The notes: generated by a model from the letters alone, not told the origin. A DNA stretch of 64,000 nt from Promethearchaeota archaeon (GCA_048938895.1 JBHLLU010000001.1:32001-96000); one strand, 5' to 3'; positions 29,714 to 39,453 are shown, numbered from the stretch's first letter. Numbers and translations: made by a program.

Positions 29714-29866
29714 AATAGAACCAAAACTATTTCTTTCTTATTTCAAATTGTATATATTAGACTTACTAGACTTTTTATTCAAAAGCTTTATAATGTTTTA
29801 TACCTAGATTATGTTCATAAAATATTTTTTTAAAAACTTCATATTCCGAATTTCCAAGAAAAATTT

Positions 29867-30418
29867 ATGAAGGATATAAGTTTTGTTTTTAAAATTGTTG
29901 TTATAGGGGATGGAAGAGTAGGGAAAACTACACTAATTCAAAAATTTACAAAAAGCACCTTTAAGGAAGAATATATAAAAACAATTGGTGCCGATCTCTC
30001 AAATTACGATTATGTAATTGACAACGACAAAATTAGACTTCAATTCTGGGATATTGCAGGGCAAGATAAGTTTCATTTCTTACGTCCTTCATTTTTTAAC
30101 AAAAGTAGAGCAGGAATTATTGTTTATAGCCTTGAGGACAATAAACTTGGTCAAGAGAGTTTTAAGAATATCCCAAATTGGTATGCTGAAATCAAGAAAT
30201 ATTGTGGGGATATCCCAATTATTATTTTTGCTAATAAGGCAGATTTAGTAGAGTTTTCTCAAGTAGATGAAACCCCTATCCAAGAATTTGTTAAGGAAAA
30301 TAAATTGCTTGGTTATAAAATTACATCAGCTAAAACAGGAGAGGGAGTCATTGATGCTTTTAATACAATTATCAAAAATTTGTATGATAAATTTAAATCT
30401 CTTTCCGAAAATAGTTAA
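29867..30418 (+). CDS. Rab/Ras-like small GTPase
   Basis: GDGRVGKT, YIKTIG, WDIAGQ, NKAD, SAKTG. Confidence 0.93.
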   Translation: MKDISFVFKIVVIGDGRVGKTTLIQKFTKSTFKEEYIKTIGADLSNYDYVIDNDKIRLQFWDIAGQDKFHFLRPSFFNKSRAGIIVYSLEDNKLGQESFKNIPNWYAEIKKYCGDIPIIIFANKADLVEFSQVDETPIQEFVKENKLLGYKITSAKTGEGVIDAFNTIIKNLYDKFKSLSENS

Positions 30419-30553
30419 TTTTTTCTTAAATCTTTATCATTTTCATGCATTTTTCCAAAAAATACTATCATCGAATGCAATCCTTTATATATATAAAAAA
30501 ATAATATCAATTAATTTCAAATTAATTTTGTGCGAAATCAAAGAGGTGCTATT

Positions 30554-30784
30554 ATGGTAAATATTGAAATTGACGTCGTTAATAAACCTACAAATAGATT
30601 CAGAATTGAGCAGTATTTTGGGACACCAGTTGCTAATGAAATATTTCAATGTCTTCAACAACATATTGGTTTGTCTGCATCACAAGCAGAAGCACAACTA
30701 AGAGCTTCAATCCAAAGAACAGCAAATGCTATAGCAAAGGAAGATGAAATTATCACAATTATGGGATTTATAACTGTAGGTTAA
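30554..30784 (+). CDS. 76-aa small protein ending MGFITVG, candidate RiPP precursor 1
   Basis: GAGGTG SD before ATG 30554; paralog of 30853-31086; upstream of a B12-rSAM gene. Confidence 0.75.
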   Translation: MVNIEIDVVNKPTNRFRIEQYFGTPVANEIFQCLQQHIGLSASQAEAQLRASIQRTANAIAKEDEIITIMGFITVG

Positions 30785-30852
30785 AAATCCTTTATAAAAG
30801 GTTGAAAATATTAATCTAATTAAAATTAAGTACACTTCAATGAGGTGTTGAA

Positions 30853-31086
30853 ATGTCAATCAACGCAGATAAAGTAAAGAAAAAATCAAATAGAAAAAGA
30901 CTTGATAGATTCTTCGGCAGAGATAAAGCACAAACGATTATAGATTGCTTACAAGATTGTGTAAATCAAGGGAAATCAAGTGCTGATATGGGGGATTGTG
31001 TAAAAAATTGTCTTATCCAAAAAGGATTCAGCGCGTCTAAAGCCGATGAAGCAGTCAGTCTCATGGGTTTCATAACAGTAGGTTAA
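30853..31086 (+). CDS. 77-aa small protein with two CxxxC motifs ending MGFITVG, candidate RiPP precursor 2
   Basis: GAGGTG SD; shared pattern D.V.K..NR.R....FG...A..I..CLQ ... DE....MGFITVG. Confidence 0.78.
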   Translation: MSINADKVKKKSNRKRLDRFFGRDKAQTIIDCLQDCVNQGKSSADMGDCVKNCLIQKGFSASKADEAVSLMGFITVG

Positions 31087-31140
31087 AGGAAGAAGTTATT
31101 ATCTAATTTTTTTCATATAATTTTTCTAAAGTGGCTTATC

Positions 31141-33378
31141 TTGATCCCTGAATCTATAGATTTATTAATGATTTTTCCTTCAGGAGGGGATATTTATCAA
31201 ACAAATTTCAATCACCACCTAGGAACAGCATATATAATAGGTTATGTAAGGAAACATGGATTTAAAGCTAAACAGTTTTTATCAAACACCCAATATAATG
31301 TTAGAGAATGTGTTAAATCAATTTTCCAATACAATCCAAAAGTAATAGGGTTTACTGTTTATGAAAGCAATTATATGCAATCAGTTTTACTGTCGACTTT
31401 CATAAAAAAAGAAAAGCCTAATATTATTATAATTTTTGGGGGTCCTACTCCGACTATTCACTCTGAATACTTATTAAAACAAGTCAACAGTATTGATCTC
31501 TGTGTAAGACAAGAAGGTGAAGAAACTGTACTTGAAATTTTAAAAGAATTACAGAGTGTCAATTATACTATATCAAGAGCCAATTTTACTGAAATTAAAG
31601 GTATAATCTATAGAATTAAAGATCAAATCTTCAAAAATCCTGATAGTGACTACCTTTATTCAAAAAGACATATTAGGAATTACATTGATAAATATCCCTC
31701 TCCATACCTTTCTGAAATTATCCCTAAAAGTAAAGCTTTTCCCATAGGGATACTTACGGGAAGAGGATGTAATCAGTCTTGTACGTATTGTAACTGTGCT
31801 GTTTTAAGTAAAAAGAACATATATTTTCATTCAATAGGGAGAGTAATTGAAGAACTAGAATTTATTAGTCAACAAGAGAAATTTTCACATCCCATTCCTA
31901 TATATGATGATGCTTTTACAATAATTCCTTCACGAGCGAAAAAAATTTGCGAAACTATCATTGAAAAGGACATAAAAATTCCGTTATTATGTATTACTCG
32001 CTGTGATAAACTAAATGAAGAATTATTAGACCTTATGAAAATGGCAGGTTTCAAATCAATCGGTTTTTCTTTAGAGAGTGCTGTACCGAGAGTATTGAGA
32101 GCTATTGGTAAGGTTAGACCTGTGGATGTTGGCGATCCGCTGGATTTTGATAAAGAAGTTGAATACATTGAGAAATTAAAGCACATGACAAAGTATGCAA
32201 AAGAGATTGGGATGTTTCCTGTCTTTTTAAGTATTATGATTGGACTGCCTGGTGAATCCCTAAAAGATGCACAAAAAACCTTAGAAATGATAAAACAATT
32301 AGAAATTGACTATTATACTCACAATCTACTACATATTTTTAAAGGTACACCTTTATTTCAAGATCATGGCAAATATGGTTACAAAATTACCCCTATGGGT
32401 AAAAATAATCAAGTATTCACGATAAACAATTATCCATTTGATATAACAAAAATACATTTAGCTGACAACTCTACTAAAGAAAGGAATAGTAAGGTTATGG
32501 ATTATGATGTTTTTAATATTATATCTTTAAGATATATTCAAAAAGATTCAGAATCTCTTTTTTTCAAAAACATTATTATTGATAAAGATATAATTGAGCC
32601 CTCGTTAGTAAAATGGATGCAGGATATACTTGCAATTAATGGTATAATTATACATTTATATTCAAGCAAAAAGAATTATTTAAAATTCCATGAAAAAAAC
32701 GAAATGACCCTCTATAACGAATATTCTCCAACTAAAACATACGAATGTTACTATTGGGAAAATTTAGATAGGAGTCAACGATTAAAATCTGGCAGATTGC
32801 TTACTTATGGCGAGAAGGTAGGATTAAATATTGAAGTTAAAAGCACTGGTCTCGCTTTGGAAGAATATAATAAAGGATATAACACTGATTGTTTTATTGG
32901 GGCAAGCAGAACGAAAAATGATTCAGATTCTCTATATAAACTATTCCAAGAAATATCGAATGCGGAAAATAGTTTCAATTATTTATTAGACAATAACGCT
33001 CTCCCTCATTTCCAGAATCTATGTAGATGGATCAAAAATCAGGCAAATTGTGAGAAACTAGAAACAGTTATAGTTGATAAAAATAATTCCATTCGATTTT
33101 GTTGGCATTCAAGTCCAGTAGGAAAAGTTGGAATGCGCTTTTCTGAAATTAAAAGAAAGATAAATGACTTAAAAAAACAAGTAATAAAAATTAGAGGCTG
33201 TTATCAATGTAGTCAAGAACAATCTTGTCAATTATGTTTATCCCCTTTTCCTTTATCATCAAAAGAATATTGTGAGTACAAAATTTCTCAAGATACTAAT
33301 ACACCTGCCAATTTAATAAATGTATTTTATGTGATAAAAGATTTATTTTACAAACCAATTAATCCATATGATTTCTGA
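31141..33378 (+). CDS. Cobalamin-binding radical SAM enzyme with C-terminal SPASM-like Cys cluster
   Basis: B12 domain (LGTAYI, IGFTV, GGPTPT, EGEE); CxxxCxxC = CNQSCTYC; GLPGES; C-terminal RFCW..PVG and CYQCSQEQSCQLC. Confidence 0.85.
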   Translation: MIPESIDLLMIFPSGGDIYQTNFNHHLGTAYIIGYVRKHGFKAKQFLSNTQYNVRECVKSIFQYNPKVIGFTVYESNYMQSVLLSTFIKKEKPNIIIIFGGPTPTIHSEYLLKQVNSIDLCVRQEGEETVLEILKELQSVNYTISRANFTEIKGIIYRIKDQIFKNPDSDYLYSKRHIRNYIDKYPSPYLSEIIPKSKAFPIGILTGRGCNQSCTYCNCAVLSKKNIYFHSIGRVIEELEFISQQEKFSHPIPIYDDAFTIIPSRAKKICETIIEKDIKIPLLCITRCDKLNEELLDLMKMAGFKSIGFSLESAVPRVLRAIGKVRPVDVGDPLDFDKEVEYIEKLKHMTKYAKEIGMFPVFLSIMIGLPGESLKDAQKTLEMIKQLEIDYYTHNLLHIFKGTPLFQDHGKYGYKITPMGKNNQVFTINNYPFDITKIHLADNSTKERNSKVMDYDVFNIISLRYIQKDSESLFFKNIIIDKDIIEPSLVKWMQDILAINGIIIHLYSSKKNYLKFHEKNEMTLYNEYSPTKTYECYYWENLDRSQRLKSGRLLTYGEKVGLNIEVKSTGLALEEYNKGYNTDCFIGASRTKNDSDSLYKLFQEISNAENSFNYLLDNNALPHFQNLCRWIKNQANCEKLETVIVDKNNSIRFCWHSSPVGKVGMRFSEIKRKINDLKKQVIKIRGCYQCSQEQSCQLCLSPFPLSSKEYCEYKISQDTNTPANLINVFYVIKDLFYKPINPYDF

Positions 33379-33481
33379 TTATTGAATTAAACTTTTAAGT
33401 TAGTCTTTCTTCTTTTGTTTCATAAACCTTTAAAAAACACCAAGATTGCTCTGACGTAATTTTTTCTTAAGTAAATAAAAA

Positions 33482-35527
33482 ATGGAATCCATTATTAAAC
33501 CAGAGGAATATCTTCAAGCTGAAGAATTGATTTACCAGGCAAAATTTGATGATGCACTTGAATTGATCTCAAATTTCAAAAGAAGCACAAAAAAAGATTC
33601 TATGGAGTGGCTCTGGGGCTTAATATTAGAGGGAAGAATAAACTGCTATAAAGGTCAATATAAAAGAGCTATAGAAATTGGGAATATTGCTTATCTTCTT
33701 AGCCGAAAATTGGACCTTGTCCTTGAATCAGTGGAAGCTCTTCTAATCAGGGCTCATATAATATATTTAGCTAAAAGAGAAGAAGCTTTTGAAATTATCA
33801 CTTTAGCTGAAAAAATTTTCAATTCGCTTCTTAATGATTCTACGTCTAATTATCCTCGACAAAAAGCAGAAATTCTATTATTAAAATCTGAAATCTATCG
33901 TTCGAGGGGTGAACTTAATGAAGCATTTGAACTAGCTCGAGAATGTTTACTAATACAACAAAATCTAAAAAATAAAATTGATATTTCAAACGTTTATTAT
34001 CACTTAGCAAACCTATATCTTTACAATAGTGATTCTAATTCAGGTTTAGAATACGCATTGAAAAGTTTAACAATTCAAGAAGAACTTGGTTATCAGTCAG
34101 GAATTGCAGGTAGTTTGTACTTAGTAGGTACAAGTTATTTTGTTAGAGGTAACTTTGATCAAGCTTTGAAATTAGGGCGACAAAGTCTAAAGAGCAAAGA
34201 AATTAGCACTCTTACAAAACTCGAAGTATTAGATCTATTAGCAATGGTCTTTTTAGTCACTGGTCAATTAGATAGGGCATTAAAATATCGTAAAAGAGCA
34301 GCTATTATAGCTCAGAAAGAAAACTACGAGGAACAGTATATAATAAGTACTTATGGAATTGCAACAAATTTAAGAGCTAAAGGTGAATTTGATCTGGCTG
34401 TAGATTATCTTAAGAAAAGTTTGAAATTATCTGAAAATACAAATTCTACATTTGGGATAATGGCTTCACTTTTTCATCTAATTCTTACGACTCTTGATAA
34501 CAATAATCCTGAACAAGCTAAATTTTACTTGAGTCAGTTAGAAAAATATTGTGATCAAACAGAGAGTGATGTATTTAAAAATGTATATTTAATTTCAAAA
34601 GCATTAGTGTTAAAAAATAGTGGAAGAATTCGAAATCTTTCAGAAGCAGAAATAATACTGAGGGGGTTTACTGAAAAAGAAATTGAAACACCTCTTATAT
34701 ATCGATTAGCAATGGTCAATTTATGTGAACTTTTCTTAGAAGAACTAAAATTTACAAATAATGTTGAAGTTTTAGAGGATATTATTCCCTTAATTAACAA
34801 AATTTATAAGATTGCAGAGAAACAAAGTGCATATGCTTGGCTGGTGGAAATTAAAATATTGCAGGCAAAAATTTCCTTAATTCAAATGGATTTTGATGCC
34901 GCAGAACAATTATTAACTCAAGCTCAACGAATCGCAGAATTACAAGGTCTCACACTGTTAGCACTAAAAATATCTAGTGAACATGATAATTTACTGAACC
35001 AATTGAGTGAATGGAATAATCTTAAAAAAATAGACGCTCCTATGTCAGAGCGAATAGAGTTAGCTTCTTTTGATGGGGTTGTAGAACGATTACAAGGAAA
35101 AAGCACAATTGATCCTCCTTTAATAACTCCTGAAACTCCTGTATTGCTCCTTATTATTGGTCAGGGTGGATTCCCCTTATTTTCCAATCAATTTGAAGAG
35201 GGACATCAATTTGAAGAAGATCTTCTTAGTGGTTTTTTAGATGCAATTAATTCATTTAGTGGAGAACTTCTTTCTAAACAATTGGATCGTGTTAAATTTG
35301 AAGATTATATGATACTTATGCAAACCGTGGAGAACTTTTCTGTAGGGTATTTATTCAAAGGACAAACTTACATTGCTAAACAAAAATTAACTCAATTTAC
35401 AGAAAGTATTAAGAAAGATTCCACAATATGGCATACCTTAAATGTTTATTTCAACACAAGTCGGGTAGTAAAATTAGAGGATTTACCTTCTCTTCAAGCT
35501 TTAATCTTTAATATTTTTATTAAGTGA
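33482..35527 (+). CDS. TPR-repeat protein with C-terminal longin/roadblock-like domain
   Basis: Multiple TPR-like repeats (e.g. GNFDQALKL, GEFDLAVDYLKKSL). C-terminal LLIIGQGGFPLFS..F...DLLSGFLDAINSFSGEL resembles longin-like domains. Confidence 0.75.
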   Translation: MESIIKPEEYLQAEELIYQAKFDDALELISNFKRSTKKDSMEWLWGLILEGRINCYKGQYKRAIEIGNIAYLLSRKLDLVLESVEALLIRAHIIYLAKREEAFEIITLAEKIFNSLLNDSTSNYPRQKAEILLLKSEIYRSRGELNEAFELARECLLIQQNLKNKIDISNVYYHLANLYLYNSDSNSGLEYALKSLTIQEELGYQSGIAGSLYLVGTSYFVRGNFDQALKLGRQSLKSKEISTLTKLEVLDLLAMVFLVTGQLDRALKYRKRAAIIAQKENYEEQYIISTYGIATNLRAKGEFDLAVDYLKKSLKLSENTNSTFGIMASLFHLILTTLDNNNPEQAKFYLSQLEKYCDQTESDVFKNVYLISKALVLKNSGRIRNLSEAEIILRGFTEKEIETPLIYRLAMVNLCELFLEELKFTNNVEVLEDIIPLINKIYKIAEKQSAYAWLVEIKILQAKISLIQMDFDAAEQLLTQAQRIAELQGLTLLALKISSEHDNLLNQLSEWNNLKKIDAPMSERIELASFDGVVERLQGKSTIDPPLITPETPVLLLIIGQGGFPLFSNQFEEGHQFEEDLLSGFLDAINSFSGELLSKQLDRVKFEDYMILMQTVENFSVGYLFKGQTYIAKQKLTQFTESIKKDSTIWHTLNVYFNTSRVVKLEDLPSLQALIFNIFIK

Positions 35528-35551
35528 AATTGCTTTAGTTCAGGAAAAATT

Positions 35552-36106
35552 TTAGTTCTCCTTTAAAAATTCATAACCTGCATTTAAAGCTTTTAAGTTT
35601 ATTTCTATAAATCGAAGTGGAATAGATTCGGAGATAGATTTTTTAATTGCATTTAATGAAACAAGCTTAGTTTTTTTAATTAAAGCACCCAGCATTATAA
35701 TATTCACCAATTTTAGGTTTTTAAATTCTTGAGCAATACTATTAGCAGGTATTGGAAAGGTCATATCTGTAATATTTTCTAATTTTATCAGATCAGAATT
35801 TATAAATCTTAAACCCGAAGATTTCACCTGATTTGAGTAAAAATTATATGCATCATCACTATAAGCTACTAATATATCAACTTCAGATTCGGTAGGATAA
35901 GACGTTAACTCCCCTTCTGCAATAATTATATCACTTTTTACACGAGTACCTCTTTGCTCAGGACCATATGACTGAGTCTGTATGGCGTTTTTATTATCAT
36001 AAAGAGCTGCTTTACCTAAAATTATACATGATAAAATAACACCCATTCCACCGATTCCACAGAATCGAATGTTAACTTCCCCTTGCTCTTTTCTCCCAGA
36101 ATTCAT
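35552..36106 (-). CDS. korC: 2-oxoacid (2-oxoglutarate):ferredoxin oxidoreductase gamma subunit
   Basis: RFCGIGGMG, QTQSYGPEQRG, NIIMLGA; last gene of the kor operon. Confidence 0.85.
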   Translation of the reverse strand: MNSGRKEQGEVNIRFCGIGGMGVILSCIILGKAALYDNKNAIQTQSYGPEQRGTRVKSDIIIAEGELTSYPTESEVDILVAYSDDAYNFYSNQVKSSGLRFINSDLIKLENITDMTFPIPANSIAQEFKNLKLVNIIMLGALIKKTKLVSLNAIKKSISESIPLRFIEINLKALNAGYEFLKEN

Positions 36107-36953
36107 TTTTACTTGTTTCTTTTAATTTTTTGTATAATTCGTTAAAGGAGGGTTTATCAATATCAACTATTTCCCCAACGATTATTTTTCCTTCATAAGT
36201 ACCTGTGAAAGATTCTTGGTAGTCTTTCAATACACGAGCAGATGTTTCATCTTGTACTTTTTTTGAATATTTTATAGTTTCATCTAAAAAATACCTCAAC
36301 TGTTCTCTTGGATTTTTAAATTGTTTCTTATTTACAGGACAAGCAGAAATAATTTCAATGAATGAAAACCCTTTTTTTTGTAAGGCTTTTTTTATAGATC
36401 TAATCACTTGGAAAGAGTGCGCTGTAGTCCAACGTGCTACATAGACAGCCCCTGCTGCTTTGGCTAAAAACGAGAGATTGAATGCAAATTCAAAATTTTT
36501 ATATCGTGAAGTGCTACTTATTTCTCCTACAGGCGTGGTTGGTGATAATTGTCCTCCAGTCATACCATATGTTTCATTATTAATGCATATTACCAAGATA
36601 TCAAGGTTCCTTCGCACGGCTTGGAGAAAATGGTTTAAACCAATAGCCGCTAGATCTCCATCCCCGCTAAAAACGATTACCTTTAAATCAGGATTGGTGA
36701 CCTTTATACCTGTAGCAAATGCTATAGCACGTCCATGAGTAGTGTGGATTCCATCAGTATCAATATATGCAGGTAATCTGGATGAGCACCCAATTCCAGA
36801 GACAAAGACCAAGTCATTTTTGGAAATGTTTAAGTCATCAATCGCACGAATAGTATAGTTTAAAATTTGACCATTCCCACAACCAGGACAGAACATTGTA
36901 GGCATTAAATCTTTCCTTAAGTATTCATTTAATAATTCAGTCGATGATCTCAT
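36072..36953 (-). CDS. korB: 2-oxoacid:ferredoxin oxidoreductase beta subunit
   Basis: FCPGCG, SGIGCS, HGRA, GDGD...NNETYGMTGGQ (canonical order); start placed at ATG 36953. Confidence 0.9.
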   Translation of the reverse strand: MRSSTELLNEYLRKDLMPTMFCPGCGNGQILNYTIRAIDDLNISKNDLVFVSGIGCSSRLPAYIDTDGIHTTHGRAIAFATGIKVTNPDLKVIVFSGDGDLAAIGLNHFLQAVRRNLDILVICINNETYGMTGGQLSPTTPVGEISSTSRYKNFEFAFNLSFLAKAAGAVYVARWTTAHSFQVIRSIKKALQKKGFSFIEIISACPVNKKQFKNPREQLRYFLDETIKYSKKVQDETSARVLKDYQESFTGTYEGKIIVGEIVDIDKPSFNELYKKLKETSKNEFWEKRARGS

Positions 36954-38133
36954 TACTTTTTTCACCCTCTTTAATTTTTTTAAAAATATCTTCAGGAGAG
37001 GGAATAGCTCCTCCAATTCGACTTATTCTGTCGACATCACAATCCCCAATAGCATGTTCTTTTATTTTATGATATATCTGTCCGAGATTCATCTCTACCA
37101 CAATGAACTTTTTAATTCTTTGAGCCATTTCAGAGACAATATCATGGGGGAAAGGCCATATCGTAATTAATCTTAAATATCCAACTTTTAATCCTTCCTT
37201 ACGTGCTCTTTCAACTGCCATAAGTGTAGTTCTCGAAGATATACCATAGGATACAATAATAATTTCAGCATCTTCAATGTATTTTTCTTCATAAGTAATA
37301 ATATCTTTTCTGTTATCAGCAATTTTTTCATAAAATCTTCTCACGAGTTGTATATGAGTTTTTTCGTCATCTGTGGAGGGATAAGCTTTCCAATCATGAG
37401 TCAATCCTGTTAAATACGTATGATATCCGTTTCCAAATTTATCCATCTCTGGTACTTTTGTAGGATGAGAATAGCCTGTCCTAAAAGGATGATATTTTTC
37501 TTTTTCAATTGTTACTGGTACTCTTTTGACAATATCAACTTCTTTTTGAAAAGGAATAACTAATTTTTCTCTTGTATGAGCTATAGCTGCGTCGGATAAT
37601 ATTATTACTGGAACTCTATATTTATCAGCTAAATTAAAAGCTCTAATGGTCATCCATAAGTTTTCTTGTACACTATTCGGATAGACAGCAATTACATAAT
37701 GATCTCCATGAGTCCCCCAACGTGCTTGCATTATATCTCCTTGTGCTGCTTTTGTGGGTTGACCCGTAGAGGGTCCTGATCTTTGAACATTGACAATTAC
37801 GCAAGGAGTTTCTGTCATACATGCATATCCAATGTTTTCTTGCATGAGAGAAAAGCCAGGACCAGATGTAGCAGTCATTGTTCTATAATTATTCCAGCTT
37901 GCCCCTATTATCGCTGCCAATGAGCTAATTTCATCTTCCATCTGTAAAGAGTATCCATCCTCTAGGATTGGTAAATACTTCATCATCAATTCCAATATCT
38001 CAGTTGCAGGAGTAATTGGATATCCTGCAAAAAATCGACAATTTGCTAACAAAGCCCCATATACTATAGCTTCATTGCCCGTGGCAAATTGTAATTTGGG
38101 TGTTATTAATTCGTTAACTGTTGGACTTTTCAT
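36937..38133 (-). CDS. korA: 2-oxoacid:ferredoxin oxidoreductase alpha subunit
   Basis: GNEA, AGYPITP, MEDEI, TATSGPGFSLM, QRSGPSTG; start placed at ATG 38133. Confidence 0.9.
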   Translation of the reverse strand: MKSPTVNELITPKLQFATGNEAIVYGALLANCRFFAGYPITPATEILELMMKYLPILEDGYSLQMEDEISSLAAIIGASWNNYRTMTATSGPGFSLMQENIGYACMTETPCVIVNVQRSGPSTGQPTKAAQGDIMQARWGTHGDHYVIAVYPNSVQENLWMTIRAFNLADKYRVPVIILSDAAIAHTREKLVIPFQKEVDIVKRVPVTIEKEKYHPFRTGYSHPTKVPEMDKFGNGYHTYLTGLTHDWKAYPSTDDEKTHIQLVRRFYEKIADNRKDIITYEEKYIEDAEIIIVSYGISSRTTLMAVERARKEGLKVGYLRLITIWPFPHDIVSEMAQRIKKFIVVEMNLGQIYHKIKEHAIGDCDVDRISRIGGAIPSPEDIFKKIKEGEKSNEIID

Positions 38134-38137
38134 TTGT

Positions 38138-38344
38138 TCAATCCTCCTCTTCAACAGTTATTGCCATTTCTGGACAAATCAATTCACATTGTTTACATGA
38201 TGTGCAAGATGTTTCATTATCGACTCTAGGTAAGAAATATCCCTTTTTATTCAAGATATCAGATTCAACTAATACTTTTTTTGGGCAAATTTCAATACAA
38301 TATCCACAACCCTTACAATAATCTTCAAGTATTTGTATTGTCAT
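38138..38344 (-). CDS. korD: 2x[4Fe-4S] ferredoxin, delta subunit
   Basis: CKGCGYCIEICP and CTSCKQCELICP. Confidence 0.9.
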   Translation of the reverse strand: MTIQILEDYCKGCGYCIEICPKKVLVESDILNKKGYFLPRVDNETSCTSCKQCELICPEMAITVEEED

Positions 38345-38574
38345 TCAATGCCTCTTTTTTAATGCTCCTAATAGTATTATAAAGAATTTATTAAAATATT
38401 AATCTTTATTCGATCTATTTTATAAGAGTTCCTCCTTAGAAATCTTTATTTTAGAAATTTTTACTAAATAAAATCACCTAAGCTTTTAATGGTTCTTTTT
38501 AAAAGCATAATATGAATTTATTTTTGATAAAACATAATAAATTACTTATATAATCTTGAGATGAGAAATGAAAA

Positions 38575-39453
38575 ATGGATGCTATCGAATTAGAAGAAAA
38601 GATAATATCACTCATAAAGTTAGCAGTATTAGAATTGCCTTCCGATGTCGTTAGGAGCCTTGAGACTGCTTTTAAAAAAGAAACAAACGCTACAGCAAAA
38701 AATCAATTAGAAGCAATTCTTGAGAATGTAAAACTTGCTAAATCTCATTCAATACCAATTTGTCAAGATACAGGAATTCAAATCTTTTTTGTTAACGTTG
38801 GAACGAATTTTCCTCTTATTGGGAAATTGTCGTCAATTATAAGGGATTCAGTTAAAAAAGCTACACCTATAATTCCTTTAAGACCTAATACTGTAAATCC
38901 TTTAACAAATGAAAATCCTGGAGATAATAATGGATTAAGTATCCCATGGATAAATTGGAGGATTAATGAGGGAGATAATTTAGAAATTACAGTTTTCCCG
39001 AAAGGGGGTGGTTCTGAAAATATGTCTCAGTTATCGATGCTTACACCCGGACAAGGAATAAAAGGAATGAAACGCTTTGTAGTTGATACTGTTATAGAAG
39101 CTGGAGCAAAACCTTGCCCACCTACTATAATCGGGATTGGGCTAGGTGGTGGAGCAGATATTAGTATGAAGATTGCAAAGGAACAACTTCTTCGCCCATT
39201 AGGTCAACGTCATACAGATCATAAGATCGCAGAAATTGAATTGGAATTACTTGATGCACTAAATCAAACAGGAATTGGACCTATGGGTTTAGGGGGGAAT
39301 ACTACTGTCTTAGATGTTCATATTGGAACAACTATGAGACATCCGGCTTCATTCCCTGTAGGTCTTGTAATTCAGTGCTGGGCAGCGAGACGAGCATCAG
39401 CAACCATTACTAAAGATGGAAATATGATAATTACATCTCACGAGGTGAATTAA
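38575..39453 (+). CDS. Fe-S fumarate hydratase (two-subunit class I), alpha subunit
   Basis: PICQDTG, KGGGSEN, PCPP, GIGPMGLGG, CWAARR. Confidence 0.88.
   Translation: MDAIELEEKIISLIKLAVLELPSDVVRSLETAFKKETNATAKNQLEAILENVKLAKSHSIPICQDTGIQIFFVNVGTNFPLIGKLSSIIRDSVKKATPIIPLRPNTVNPLTNENPGDNNGLSIPWINWRINEGDNLEITVFPKGGGSENMSQLSMLTPGQGIKGMKRFVVDTVIEAGAKPCPPTIIGIGLGGGADISMKIAKEQLLRPLGQRHTDHKIAEIELELLDALNQTGIGPMGLGGNTTVLDVHIGTTMRHPASFPVGLVIQCWAARRASATITKDGNMIITSHEVN

Noticed and set aside
30530-30553. Longer start for precursor 1 given by the ORF track
   Set aside because: The GAGGTG SD lies within this stretch, and alignment with the paralog supports ATG 30554.
30554-31086. Ubiquitin/SAMP/Atg8-like identity for the Gly-terminated small proteins
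   Set aside because: Sequences look alpha-helical, lack the GG motif, and have no E1-like gene adjacent.
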